Assembly: GCA_002269645.1 (NCBI GenBank)
Contig: NIVC01002417.1
Span: 62,001 to 126,000 of the forward strand
Source: Macrostomum lignano
Taxonomy: Eukaryota
Direction of reading: 5' to 3'
Length of the DNA: 64,000 nucleotides
The notes beneath the pieces are model-generated. The model was not told the DNA's origin, did no database searches, and worked only from the letters and a program-made list of their open reading frames with translations. Shown here piece after piece: positions 12,065-23,635 of the stretch. How positions within the stretch are numbered: position 1 is the first letter of the stretch; every line of letters begins with the position of its first letter. The translations under genes and the position numbers were made by a program.

Positions 12065-12370
12065 TGTCCCTGCATGGGTCAGAGAGGCGAACTCACGACT
12101 GATAGGTCTGAGGTTCGATTCTCGACCCACTCGGGACAATTTGTGTAATTGAGCAAGACACTTAACTCTGCATTGTTTCAGTTCACCCAGCTGTAAAATG
12201 GGTGCCAGCATTAGCTGGGGTAATTGAGGCTGTGTGTGGCGACCCCCCAGTCCTTGGACTGAACAGCCGTACGCAGCCTTCAGATGCGCCGCGCAATAGC
12301 TGCGGCTGAGCTGTCAGTTGCACCACATTTGCTCAATTGGGGCAGGTGTAGTCAAATAATAATAATTTTT
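12065..12370 (+). mobile_element. tRNA-derived SINE with CORE-like central domain
   Basis: A-box-like tgggtcagagagg and B-box ggttcgattctc (12112). Then gtgtaattgagcaagacacttaactctgcattgtttcagttcacccagctgtaaaatgggt, which resembles the MIR/CORE consensus (ttgggcaagtcacttaacctctctgtgcctcagtttcctcatctgtaaaatggg). Ends in a (taa)n tail. No TSD seen. Confidence 0.65.
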
Positions 12371-13416
12371 CTTATTGAAAATAAAATAATAAACAATATA
12401 CTATATTATAATAGACGGACAGGCCTGTTCGAAAATTACGTGAGTTTCGAGAAACACCCTCCTGGGTTCTTACCATAGAATGTACCATAGATCGTAAGAA
12501 GTTAGATCGTAAGAAAGAAATTTACGTGTAGCGTAAGTCTGCTCGTAAGACGCTTTCTCAAAACTCACTTAGACTTTGCGTGGCTTACGCTGTTCGTAAG
12601 TCGTATCTGAAACGAAAAGTTGCATGTCTATGGTCATAAATCTGCAAATATCTTTACTTAGTCTATCGTAAGTTGCTTTCGAGAAAGACCCACCTTCGAT
12701 AAAGTTTAACTTGACTTGGCTTGACTAAAGCTTCACGTACTATGCGATTAGTGCTTAAGTGCGTCTTACGACTGAGACCGAGCAGTCGTAGGGTTAAGAT
12801 CAACCTACGAAAGACCATAGACATCCGAACGTTTCGAGAAACAGTCTTTTGCGCAAAGTTACGAACTCGTAAAGTTGCGATCAATCTTACGCATAGCTAA
12901 CTTGCGATCCCTTTGAGCAACCCGTAAGTGTAGCTTACCCAACTTACGTCTATGGTCGATCGTAAGTTGCTTTCGAGAAAGACCCCCCTGAAATTTAGAC
13001 ACCAAGGCAAAGAGTAACTAACTATAGCAGACGGCGTGTCTGCATGGTTTGCAGAAGAATTTAAACAACTACAGCAATGTCAGGGTATTGCAGACAACTG
13101 GTAAATACAGAACTTTTAAAAAAGTATAAGCAGAAGCTATGAGCCTAATTATTTGATCTCATTGTCAATAAATGTATGTAGAGGCATTAAGCAACAGACA
13201 AGCAGCACTGCATAGGTGCACATGTTCTTATAGATGGAGAGAGAAAGGTCGTCGGGTCAGATGGAGCTGGCAGAGACAGGCTATAGGGGAGGGAGAGGTA
13301 GCGAGAGGGAGAGGGAGGAGATGGGGAAAGAGAGGGAGAAAAGAGAGAAATGAATGAGAAAGCACATTAGTATTCCACAAGCGAGAACATCGAATCTAAA
13401 GGAATCTAAATGATAG

Positions 13417-13902
13417 CTAAGCTAAAGTGTAAATCAGGAATAATTTCAACCCAGAAATTGCATGAGCAAACAACTCCGCAGCAGCAGCAGATAGAAGGGC
13501 GAGAACTCCTTCAATCCGTCCCCAACTGCATTGTCAGCATAGCTATCGCATAGCTATCGCAGTGCTAGGCAACTCACTGTTTGTTGCCTGCCTGACCTTG
13601 GGGAGGGGAGGTTGACTGGGACACGGTGGCTATTGTTGCAAGAGCGAAGGCGGGACGGAGACCGCGATAGGCAGGAGAGGAGAGCCTTGCCTGCAATGGG
13701 TTTAACAATGCCCCGGCCCTCGGATAGTGCAGCCCATAGCAGCTGGGCTGAGAGAAACACCTGTCGGAAAAAGAACTATCCCTATCCCCTGCATATACAC
13801 GCGCGTACGTGTACGGGATGAGGGGGGTGGGATTTTCAGCAGCTTCTCCCATCGCCTCTCTGCCCCCATCCCACCCCCTACCCACTCGTAATGGCTCTGC
13901 AT
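13417..13902 (-). CDS. Possible 3-exon orphan ORF (102 aa), or 5'UTR exons of the GT32 gene
   Basis: Exons 13902-13886, 13760-13578 and 13525-13417 have GT/AG ends and join in one frame (MQSHYECFSQPSCYG...GNKHWGRIEGVLALLSAAAAELFAHAISGLKLFLIYTLA*). No recognisable domain. Confidence 0.3.
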
Positions 13903-15293
13903 CTGCACTATAGGCGCTACTGCATGAACAGGATGCAGGATTAGTTGGTGCTCTCCCGTAGATTATTAGTCCGTTAAAATGATGTGCGGTATTTTTTTAT
14001 TTCGTAGATTAACTGCAACTTTTTTAAATCTAGTTTTTTAAACAAACAAATTGGTCATTAAACTAAATCCAATCTATTATACACACAGTTGGTTTGCTAG
14101 TTAATTGTATTGGCTTATTAGATGGGAGAGAGTGGCGAGGGAGAGGGTGAGAGGGGGAGGTAGAGAGTGGAGTGAGAGGAGAAGGAGAGAATGAGAAAGA
14201 GAGCAGAGAGAGGAGAGGGAGAGGCAGAGAAAGTGAGTGGCTCCATAGATTTCCTAATCATTGTTTGTTTTGCCGATAGTTGCCATGCAGACCCGTGGGT
14301 GGCCGCAGAAAAAAATAGGTGAGTGCATGCCGTGGCCATAAAGAGACAAAGAGCTTTTTGATCATAACAATGAAAAACTGTTGGAGCACCGAAAAACTGA
14401 ACGAAATTCCTGCTTGGATTTCGAAAACAATAGAGAAACTACAGGCCAGCTTCACATTTCACTTGGTTGCCAACTGTGTCCGAAAGTACTTCTCATGAAT
14501 TGATGTCTGATAGCTGTATCTCACTCTATCAGTGTCACTCACTCCATCAATCTGGTTGCCTTTATACCCATTACCGCAACATATCGGCATGTCAAATATT
14601 TCCTTCTGAATCCAATGCCATTTTGGGCCCTGATTATTTAACGGTAAATAAAGTCTTTTACACAACATATCGGCATATTAGATATTTCCTTCTGGATTTA
14701 AATGGACTTTGGGACCAGATTTTTTGCAAAGAAAGCTTTTAACACAACATATCGGCATTTATTTATAGCGCAACAAGTTTTTTACGAAACATATCGGCAT
14801 TTAAAATATTTAATTTTTTTGACATCATTATGGAGCAGCATTTATCGAACAAATTATCATGATGAAGCATTATTATTTAGTTAAAAAAACCGGCACCAAC
14901 TCATAGATACAAACAAACAATAAACATGTTTTTATAACAAAAACAACCTTTACAGATTGCTAAAATATAAAAAAAACAATATTTTGACCATTGAATGATT
15001 TTGATTGCATTTTACCGTACTGCTAAGAGTCTAGAAGTAGTAAATGGCGCGTACTTTCACTAATCGAATGAATACGAGTAAGTGCACGAATCTCCCCTAG
15101 AAGAGGGAAAAACTCGCAAGAATAATCTTCCTTAAAAGAAGAAAAAACGTGACAAGAATCTCTTCTAAAAGAAGAGAAATCGCCAGAAGAATCTCTTCTA
15201 AAAGAAGAAAAATTTCCAGAAGAATCCCGCATAACAGAAAACATTACTATCGGAGATGATCCTGTTTCCATGGCAACACACTGAAATCCAGCA

Positions 15294-18200
15294 TCACCGA
15301 CGCTGCAAATGATGATGCTTCAATGGTCGCCGTTCCGCTCGAAGACGCAGCGACCCGATGCCACAGTCGGGCATCTCGCCGACGTACGGCGGCGGCTGCT
15401 GCTGCTGCTGCGAGGCTGCCGCCGACTCGCCTTCCTCAGCAAGCCGGTCCGAGCTCTGCAGCTTGTCCAGAAACGGCAGCGGCAGATCAGGGATGTTGTG
15501 CAACAGGAATCGAACCCTGGCTAGATGCTCGGACGGTGTCCAGGTCTGCAGGCACACCTGCCGATTGTTGGAGTCGACGCAGCGAACGAGGCCGACGCCA
15601 AGACAGCTGTGCCGACTGGGCAGACGGTTCAGTCGGCGGAGCTGCCGTTGAGGAGCGCCCGAGCTCGCCTGCAGATCAGCGTCTTCATCCGCTGTGCACA
15701 GGCCGACAAGTGAGGCGTTAAGCACCTGCGCGGATGGGGAGTGAGTGAGTGATGACTGAGTGAGTGAGTGAGTGAGTGATGACTGAGTGAGAGTGAGTGA
15801 GTGAGTGAGTGATGACTGAGTGAGTGAGTGAGTGAGTGATGACTGAGTGAGAGTGAGTGAGTGAGTGAGTGATGACTGAGTGAGTGAGTGAGTGAGTGAG
15901 TGATGACTGAGTGAGAGTGAGTGAGTGAGTGAGTGATGACTGAGTGAGTGAGTGAGTGATGACTGAGTGAGAGTGAGTGAGTGAGTGAGTGATGACTGAG
16001 TGAGAGTGAGTGAGTGAGTGATTGGGTTAGTGAGTGATTGAGTTAGTGAGTGATGACTGAGTGAGAGTGAGTGAGTGAGTGATTGAGTGAGTGAGTGATT
16101 GAGTGAGTGAGTGATGACTGAGTGAGAGTGAGTGAGTGAGTGATTGAGTGAGTGAGTGATGACTGAGTGAGAGTGAGTGAGTGAGTGAGTGATTGAGTGA
16201 GTGAGTGATGACTGAGTGAGAGTGAGTGAGTGAGTGATTGAGTGAGTGAGTGATGACTGAGTGAGAGTGAGTGAGTGAGTGACTGACTGACTGACTGAGT
16301 GATTGAGTGATGACTGACTGAGTGAGTAATTGAGTGAGTGAGCAGTGAGTGACTGAGTGATCGAGCCTTCAGGTGGGGATTCTGTACCTGGCGACTCTTC
16401 AGTGAGTGAGTGAGTGATTGAGTGACTGATTGATTACTAGAGTGAGTTAGCCAGCGAGCCAACAATTTAATCAGGCGAATTGGTTTACTACTGTCAATAA
16501 TACAATCGCGTAGTACTACTATTCCCAACACAATGAAGCAGTAGTATGATAATGGATGGTGTAATATACAAATTCAATAGATAGTGAATAATCGCACCCT
16601 ATCCAAAGAGTCGTTAATCCTGCTGTTGCCGCCGGAGATGTACACCCCAACAAAAGCGTCGAACGGCACCCGATAAACGGGACAGTTGCTAAGCGGCAGA
16701 ACAGTGGCCAGCACAGACAGCTCCCGTTGCTGAGGCGCTCCGTATCGGGTTGGCTGGCTGCGCAGCCTACCCGGCACACAGATTAGCAGGTGTCCAACCT
16801 GCGCATTACCGCCCGGATAATCCGATTGGCAAGCGCGAAATCTCGGAGCCGACTCGCTTAGCAAATAGCCGGGCGTTAATAGCGAAGGCAGATTTCTATT
16901 GGGCGATTCTGACTCGATCTGTACAACATAGCTGGGCGATAACAATCGAATAGTTTCGCATAGCAACAATAGGCCAAGGCCGTTTGTCCAGCCCATTGTG
17001 TTTGCTACTAGGGGCACCGTGGCCGGGTCCAAATCGGCCGCCGCTGTTGCTAGGCTGGCCACGGCCGAGAGATAGTCGCGAGGACTGCCGGGACTGCAGC
17101 CGCCCAGGCAGCAGGCGGCAAGGATGCTGGGCCGGGGGTTGCTGCTGCTGCAGTGCAGATGTTGGGGTGCGGCATGGAGACTCCTCAGGTGGGGATACTT
17201 CACCTTGGCGATTCTTCAGGTGGGGATTGGGGGCGATTCTTCAGGTATGGATCAGGGGGGGGCGATTCTTCAGGTATGGATCAGGGGGGGCGATTCTTCA
17301 GGTGGGGATGGGGGGCGATTCTTCAGGTGGGGATTGGGGGGCGATTCTTCAGGTGGGGATGGGGGGCGATTCTTCAGGTGGGGATCCGGGGGGGGGCGAT
17401 TCTTCAGGTGGGGATCAGGGGGGGGCGATTCTTCAGGTGGGGATCAGAGGGGGCGATTCTTCAGGTGGGGATCAGGGGGGGGGCGATTCTTGACATGGGG
17501 ATCAATTGGGGGGCGATTCTTGACATGGGGATCAATTGGGGGGCGATTCTTGACATGGGGATCAGGGGGGGGCGATTCTTCAGGTCGGGAATTCTTTGAT
17601 TGGTGATTCTTCAGGTGGGAATTTTTAATTAGGGACTTTTCAGGTGGGAATCAGGGGTGCGATTCTTCAGATGAATGGGTTCTATCAAAGTGCAGGTTCA
17701 CATTGTTCAAATGAAGAATGTCAAATTTCTTTTTCAATTGAAAGCGGCAGCTAAATACACTAGAGTCTCACCTATCGGCATTATCATATTCAGAACACGC
17801 AGTCTCGCCAAAACCGAACACTTGATGAGTGAACGGCGGCCCCAGCAGCGGGGACTGCACTAAAGTTAACGATACGAAACCTGGCGGAGTGAACTCAGTC
17901 TGACCGGGGTCGCAGTCAAGGTAAGCGACGGAGGCGACACCCTCCGACAGCAGCCTGTTAATCAAACAGCGAGCCACGCTACTTTTACCGGAATTCCTGG
18001 GTCCGCAGACAACAAATCGCTGCTGCTCCCGACTGTGTCTGTTGGTATCCAAGCATTCCGTCACAGCTTCGCCTAAACGACCGGACCAAAGCTCATCGTC
18101 GGGTAGGTGTACTCGAAATTCGTTAGAGATTGAGCGCAACGACTGGATAGAGCTGAGGTAGAAACTATAACTAGTCGATTCGGTAATTAGTTGAAGGCAG

Positions 18201-19314
18201 GACGGTTGAACTTTTGGCGGAGCGAAGATGTACCTGGTGATAATTGGTTTTAGTCTTTGTAGACGTATTGAGCAAAAGGGTTGTCTTTGTAGGTTAGGTG
18301 TATTGAGCAACGAGGGTTAGGTCTTTGTAGGCGCATTAAGCAACGAAGTTGTCTTTGTAGGCGTATTGAGCAACGAGGTTTAATTTTTGTAGGCTAGGCG
18401 TATTAAGCAACAGGATCAAGTCTTTGTAGGCTAGGCGTATTGAGCAACGGGATTAAGTCTTTGTAGGCTAGGCGTTATGGAGCAACGGGATTAAGTATTT
18501 GTAGGCTAGGCGTATGGAGCAAAGGGATTAAGTCTTTGTAGGCTAGGCGTATGGAGCAATGGGATTAAGTCTTTGTAGGCTAGACGTATGAAGCAACGGG
18601 ATTAAGTCTTTGTTGGCATATTGAGCAACAGGGTTGTCTTTGTAGGCGCATTAAGCAACGGAGTGTCTTTGTAGGCGTTATTGAGCAACGGGATTAAGGG
18701 TTTGTAGTGTAAAGAACCAACCTAAAGATGTGATGTTTCCGGAATGCCTCCCCATAGCCAGCCGGCTTCAATGGCTTGCAAGCGATGGCGCAAAGCCGCT
18801 GACTACTGGGAAATAACTTCGAATTTCTAGCCAGAACATCAAAGACAGTTTTAGTTAGCTGAGTCAGGCTTTCATCAGTTCCATCTGTTTCGTCTAATTT
18901 ATCGGTAGATAAGTTAGCAAATTGAATACCAACGGTTAACCAGCTGACATTCTCAGTTGAGTACACTGGTCTCCATTTATTTCTTCGGATGACAAATTCC
19001 AATATTTTCACGCTGCCAATTAAACAGGATAATTGACAGCAGCCAAATAGCACACCGATTGGATCTTTAATGGAGTCTTCAGTTGCGGCAGAAGAGGCTA
19101 CATTGGATTCAAGAAACAGCAGCACACTGACTTCACTGTTAGCAATTTCTAATTTATAGCAGTTGGTGTCCATGGCTGTTAACTTTGGCTCGTTAGTTTC
19201 TAGCCTCTCTTGTTGTGCAGCATCAATTTTTGGAGGGTCCATGACAACTTCAGCAGATTGAAGGCTTTTTTTTCTTTTTACTTTCGGCTCTTCCAACTGA
19301 GCAGATGACATCAT
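15294..19314 (-). CDS. NOL9: Polynucleotide 5'-hydroxyl kinase NOL9/Grc3 (Clp1 family), 4 exons
   Basis: Exons approx. 19314-18722, 18233-17772, 17147-16598 and 15725-15294. P-loop VVCGPRNSGKSSVARCLINRLL, YLDCDPGQTEFTPPG, PLVANTMGW..GLGLLLLCETIRLLSPSYVVQ, YRVPF, VLNASLVGLC, CLGVGLVRCVD. The exact start codon is uncertain. Confidence 0.88.
15740..16345. repeat. (GTGA)n-derived array, NOL9 intron 3
   Basis: Visible; explains the THSL ORF 16043..16531. Confidence 0.9.
17175..17670. repeat. 23-25-bp G-rich minisatellite (gggggcgattcttcaggtggggatc), NOL9 intron 2
   Basis: Visible; explains the GGDSSG / RFFRWG ORFs. Confidence 0.9.
18270..18700. repeat. 37-bp minisatellite (tctttgtaggctaggcgtattgagcaacgggattaag), NOL9 intron 1
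   Basis: The unit recurs at 18421 and 18458 (37-bp period). Confidence 0.85.
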
Positions 19315-19404
19315 GAATATACATGTCAATGAATATGATTTTAAATGTTATTAGCAAGTGTTTGTACTTCAACTCACTAGCCAGTCTATCTCACCAACCC
19401 GTAA

Positions 19405-20185
19405 TTAGTTTATGACCGCCAACCCCCACTGGTTAGTTTATGACCGCCAACCCCTTACCCCTTACTGGTTAGTTTATGGCCGCCAACCCCTTACCCCTTA
19501 CTGGTTAGTTTATGGCCGCCAACCCCTCACCCCTTACTGGTTAGTTTATGGCCGTCAACCCCTCACCCCCTTACTGGTTAGTTTATGGCCGCCAACCCCT
19601 TACTGGTTAGTTTATGGCCGCCAACCCCCACTGGTTAGTTTATGGCCGCCAACCCCTTACCCCTTACTGGTTAGTTTATGGCCGTCAACCCCTCACCCCT
19701 TACTGGTTAGTTTATGGCCGTCAACCCCTCACCCCTTACTGGTTAGTTTATGGCCGCCAATTCCTCACCCCTTACTGGTTAGTTTATGGCCGCCAACCCC
19801 TTACCCCTTACTGGTTAGTTTATGGCCGCCAACCCCTCATCCCCCTACTGGTTAGTTTATGGCCGCCAACCCCTCACCCCTTACTGGTTAGTTTATGGCC
19901 GCCAACCCCTCATCCCCCTACTGGTTAGTTTATGGCCGCCAACCCCTCATCCCTTACTGGTTAGTTTATGGGCGCCAACCCCTCATCCCCCTACTGGTTA
20001 GTTTATGGCCGCCAACCCCTCATCCCTTACTGGTTAGTTTATGGGCGCCAACCCCTCATCCCCCTACTGGTTAGTTTATGGCCGCAAACCCCTCACCCCT
20101 TACTGGTTAGTTTATGGCCGCAAACCCCTCACCCCTTACTGGTTAGTTTATGGCCGCCAACCCCTCACACCCCTCTGCTGGTTAG
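19405..20185. repeat. 36-bp minisatellite (ctggttagtttatggccgccaacccctcacccctta), about 21 copies, filling the OSGEP-NOL9 intergenic space
   Basis: Visible; gives the 12-aa YWLVYGRQPLTP periodicity in the ORF track. Confidence 0.9.
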
Positions 20186-20411
20186 CTTAAGGCGGCGAAC
20201 CCCTCAATGACTAGAATTTTATGCCCGCTAACTAATAAATATTAAATTAAGTCTAGCTTAGAATCTATCAGTAATAAAAACAAGTAGGAACCCAACAGAT
20301 CCAAAAAGTACAGCAGGACATAAATAATTGTTGTAAAAATGCCACAAATTTAGACGATCAAATTGTATTATTTATTATAAGAGTTTTGTTAGTTTATAGC
20401 TTGGATTGAGT

Positions 20412-22487
20412 TCAATCTCGCCACAGAATCTCCACCTCATCGGTTCGATACCGTTGAGTACAGCCGGTATCTGACATTGGCGTAGTCAGTCCGCACCTAA
20501 ACATTTCAATACCGGCCTGAGCAATCATAGCGCCATTATCGATGCAGAATCGATGATCAGTAGCGTATAATTTAGCGCCTCGCTCATCAGCCATCTGACC
20601 AACCATCTGTTGCAGTCGGAGATTGCAGGCCACGCCGCCAACTAGCAGTACCTCCTGGGAGCCGCAGTGAGCCACAGCTCTCTCAGTCATCTCCGTTAGC
20701 ATAGCGAATAGAGTTTCTTGAAGGCTGTAGCACAAATCTGCCTGACTGAATTCTCCGCTATCAATTAAACTGGGCGCTCGCTCTTCTAAGAAGCTTAATA
20801 GACCGCTGAACGATACGTCCATGCCTTTGACTGTGTAGGGCAGTTTAACAAACTTATCCCCACTGGCTTGCTTAGCCAACTGTTCGATATTGTATCCCGG
20901 ACTGGGATCGTTTGATAGGCGAATACAGCGGGCGAATCTGTCTAAACAGTTGCCAACCGCGATGTCGAGAGTTTCACCGAATATTCGATAACGCCGCTGG
21001 TTGTAGGCAATCACCTGCGAGCAGGATGCGATTGTAAAATTGGGCCGGATTGTAAAGAATCCCAAGGTAGACAGTGGGTGGCCGAATCCCAAGGTAAACA
21101 GTCGGTGACTCTTGGGGAATCCCAAGATACTAACTCGGGACTTTGGGGAATCCCAAGGTACTAAGTCGGGAACTTTGGGGAATCCCAAGGTACTAAGTCG
21201 AGGACTTTGGGGGAATCCCAAGGTACTAATTCGGGGACTTTAGGGAATCCCAAGGTGCTAAGTCGGTGACTCCTGGAAAATCCAAAGGTAGACAGCGGTG
21301 ACTCTGGGGAAATTCAAGGTAGACCTTAGGAGAATCCCAATCAAGACAGTCGGTGATTATTGGGGAATTCCAAGATAGACAGTCGGGGACTCTGGGGGGA
21401 TCCCAAATGTAGGCAGTCAGTGACTTTTGAAGAATCCCAGAGGTAGACAGTCAGTGACTCAGGGGAATCCCAGAGGTAGACAGTCGGTGACTCTGGAGAA
21501 TCCCAAATGTAGGCAGTCAGTGACTCTTGAAGAATCCCAAGGTAGACAGTCTGACTCTGGGGGAATCCCAAAGTGTGAATTGGCTATCTCATACCTTTGA
21601 ACTGTATTGCTTTGTGCGTTTGGCTGCTTAATTTTAGCTTACCATTTTAGACCCTCCCCTCCACTGAACTGATCGATTTCTATTTATACGTACAGTACTT
21701 CTTCGCAATGTACATCGTTCGTCCTAACTAAATGTACTCAGTTCTATAATACAATATAAAGGACCGAAGCGTCAGTTTAGAAACGCTGTCTACAACTTGC
21801 GGCTCAAGCCAATTCAATCGCTTCGTCTCAATCTCAATTCATCACACAAAGGTAGACAGTCGGTGACTCTAGGGGAATCCCAGAGGTAGACAGTCGGTGA
21901 CTCAGGGGGAATCCCGAAGGTAGATAGTCACAATTAATTAGTCTTGTTGGAGAATTCCATAGAATTGGGTGACCGGAGAGTCCCAAAACCAACTCGTTCC
22001 CGATTTCTAGGAAAACCAATAAAAATAATTCAGTCCCAAAGCCCCTAAAAAATAAAAAAGCCCTAATCACCTGAGTATTGCCGCCGCTAACATACAGCAC
22101 CGTAGGATTAACAGCACCAGTAATGAGTCGGCCCATTTCAATGTGCCCAATGCAATGATTGACGCCCAATATTGGCTTCCTCCACAGTTCGGCCACAGTC
22201 CTGGCAACCAGAGCCACGCTAACAAGAGGCGCACCCATGCCGGGGCCCTTTGTATAGCACACTACGTCAATATCTTTTGGCGACAATTTCGCTTCTGCCA
22301 AAGCGTCGGCGAGCACGTCGAGCACGTGCTGCTGATGATGCCTGGCAGTTTCCGACGGTTGAAAGCCTTCGCCAGGCGGAGTTACAAAGGTGACCCGGGG
22401 ATTGGCCAGCACTTGACCGTCGTCGCGAACTATGCCTACGCCGAGCTTGTTGGCGCTGCCCTCGAATCCCATGGCAATTAGGACCAT
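20412..22487 (-). CDS. OSGEP: tRNA N6-adenosine threonylcarbamoyltransferase OSGEP/Kae1 (KEOPS), 2 exons, 339 aa
   Basis: Exons 22487-22071 and 21014-20412 join in phase 0: [50 protein letters not shown]|[52 protein letters not shown]. Confidence 0.97.
21055..21930. repeat. About 31-bp minisatellite (gggaatcccaaggtagacagtcggtgactct) in the OSGEP intron (main block 21055-21570, extra copies 21850-21930)
   Basis: Visible degenerate array. Confidence 0.85.
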
Positions 22488-22574
22488 GCTGGGGATGGCG
22501 ACTCAGCGCATGCAATGTCGGGTTGTGCGCTCGATTTATTAGGGTACTCGATAAAAGACTGGACTGGATACTCG

Positions 22575-23635
22575 AGCTGGCGAAGCAACTGAGGATCTGG
22601 GAGGCTGGCCCAGCGACTGAGGATCTGGGAGACTGGTCCACCGATTGAGGATCTGGAAGGCTGGTCCAGCAACTGAGGATCTGGGAGGCTGTTCCAGCGA
22701 CTGAGGATCTGGGAGGCTGGTCCAGCAACTGAGGATCTGGGAGGCTGGTCCAGCGACTGAGGATCTGGGAAGCTGGTCCAGCAACTGAGGATCTGGGAGG
22801 CGGGTTCAGCAACTGAGGATCTGGGAGGCTGATCCAGCAACTGAGGATCTGGGAGGCTGGTCCAGCAACTGAGGATCTAGGAGGCTGGTCCAGCGACTGA
22901 GGATCTGGGAGGCGGGTTCAGCAACTGAGGATCTAGGAGGCTGGTCCAGCAACTGTGGATCTGGGAGGCTGGTCCAGCAACTGAGGATCTAGGAGGCTGG
23001 TCCAGCGACTGAGGATCTGGGAGGCTGGTCCAGCGACTGAGGATCTGGGAGGCTGGTCCAGCAACTGAGGATCTGGGAGGCTGGTTCAGCAACTGAGGAT
23101 CTGGGAGGCTGGTCCAGCGACTGAGGATCTGGGAGGCTGGTCCAGCAACTGAGGATCTGGGAGGCGGGTTCAGCAACTGAGGATCTGGGAGGCTGGTCCA
23201 GCAACTGAGGATCTGGGAGGCTGGTCCAGCAACTGAGGATCTAGGAGGCTGGTCCAGCGACTGAGGATCTGGGAGGCTGGTCCAGCGACTGAGGATCTGG
23301 GAGGCTGGTCCAGCAACTGAGGATCTGGGAGGCTGGTCCAGCAACTGAGGATCTGGGAGGCGGGTTCAGCAACTGAGGATCTGGGAGGCTGATCCAGCAA
23401 CTGAGGATCTGGGAGGCTGGTTCAGCAACTGAGGATCTGAGAGGCTGGTCCAGCGACTGAGGATCTGGGAGGCTGGTCCAGCAACTGAGGATCTGGGAGA
23501 CTGGTTCAGCGACTGAGGATCTGGGAAGCTGGTCCAGCGACTGAGGATCTGGGAGGCTGGTCCAGCGACTGAGGATCTGGGAGGCTGGTTCAGCGATTGA
23601 GAATCTGGGAGGCTGGACCAGAAAATAGAGAGATC
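22575..23635. repeat. 28-bp minisatellite (ccagcaactgaggatctgggaggctggt), about 38 copies, about 90 bp upstream of the OSGEP ATG
   Basis: Visible; gives the 28-aa periodic ORFs LDQPPRSSVAGPASQILS. Confidence 0.92.

Noticed and set aside
14578-14800. Four copies of AACATATCGGCAT with variable spacing (repeat-spacer-like)
   Set aside because: The intervening segments are homologous to each other (atatttccttctg...tttggg.cc.gatt), so this is a decayed ~84-bp tandem duplication.
15130-15235. About 33-bp repeats with a tcttct-aaa-agaaga hairpin after the NOL9 stop
   Set aside because: Only about 3 degenerate copies in a presumptive 3'UTR; no basis for assigning a regulatory role.
22267-23400. Periodic LDQPPRSS ORFs upstream of OSGEP
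   Set aside because: Translations of the 28-bp minisatellite in all frames.
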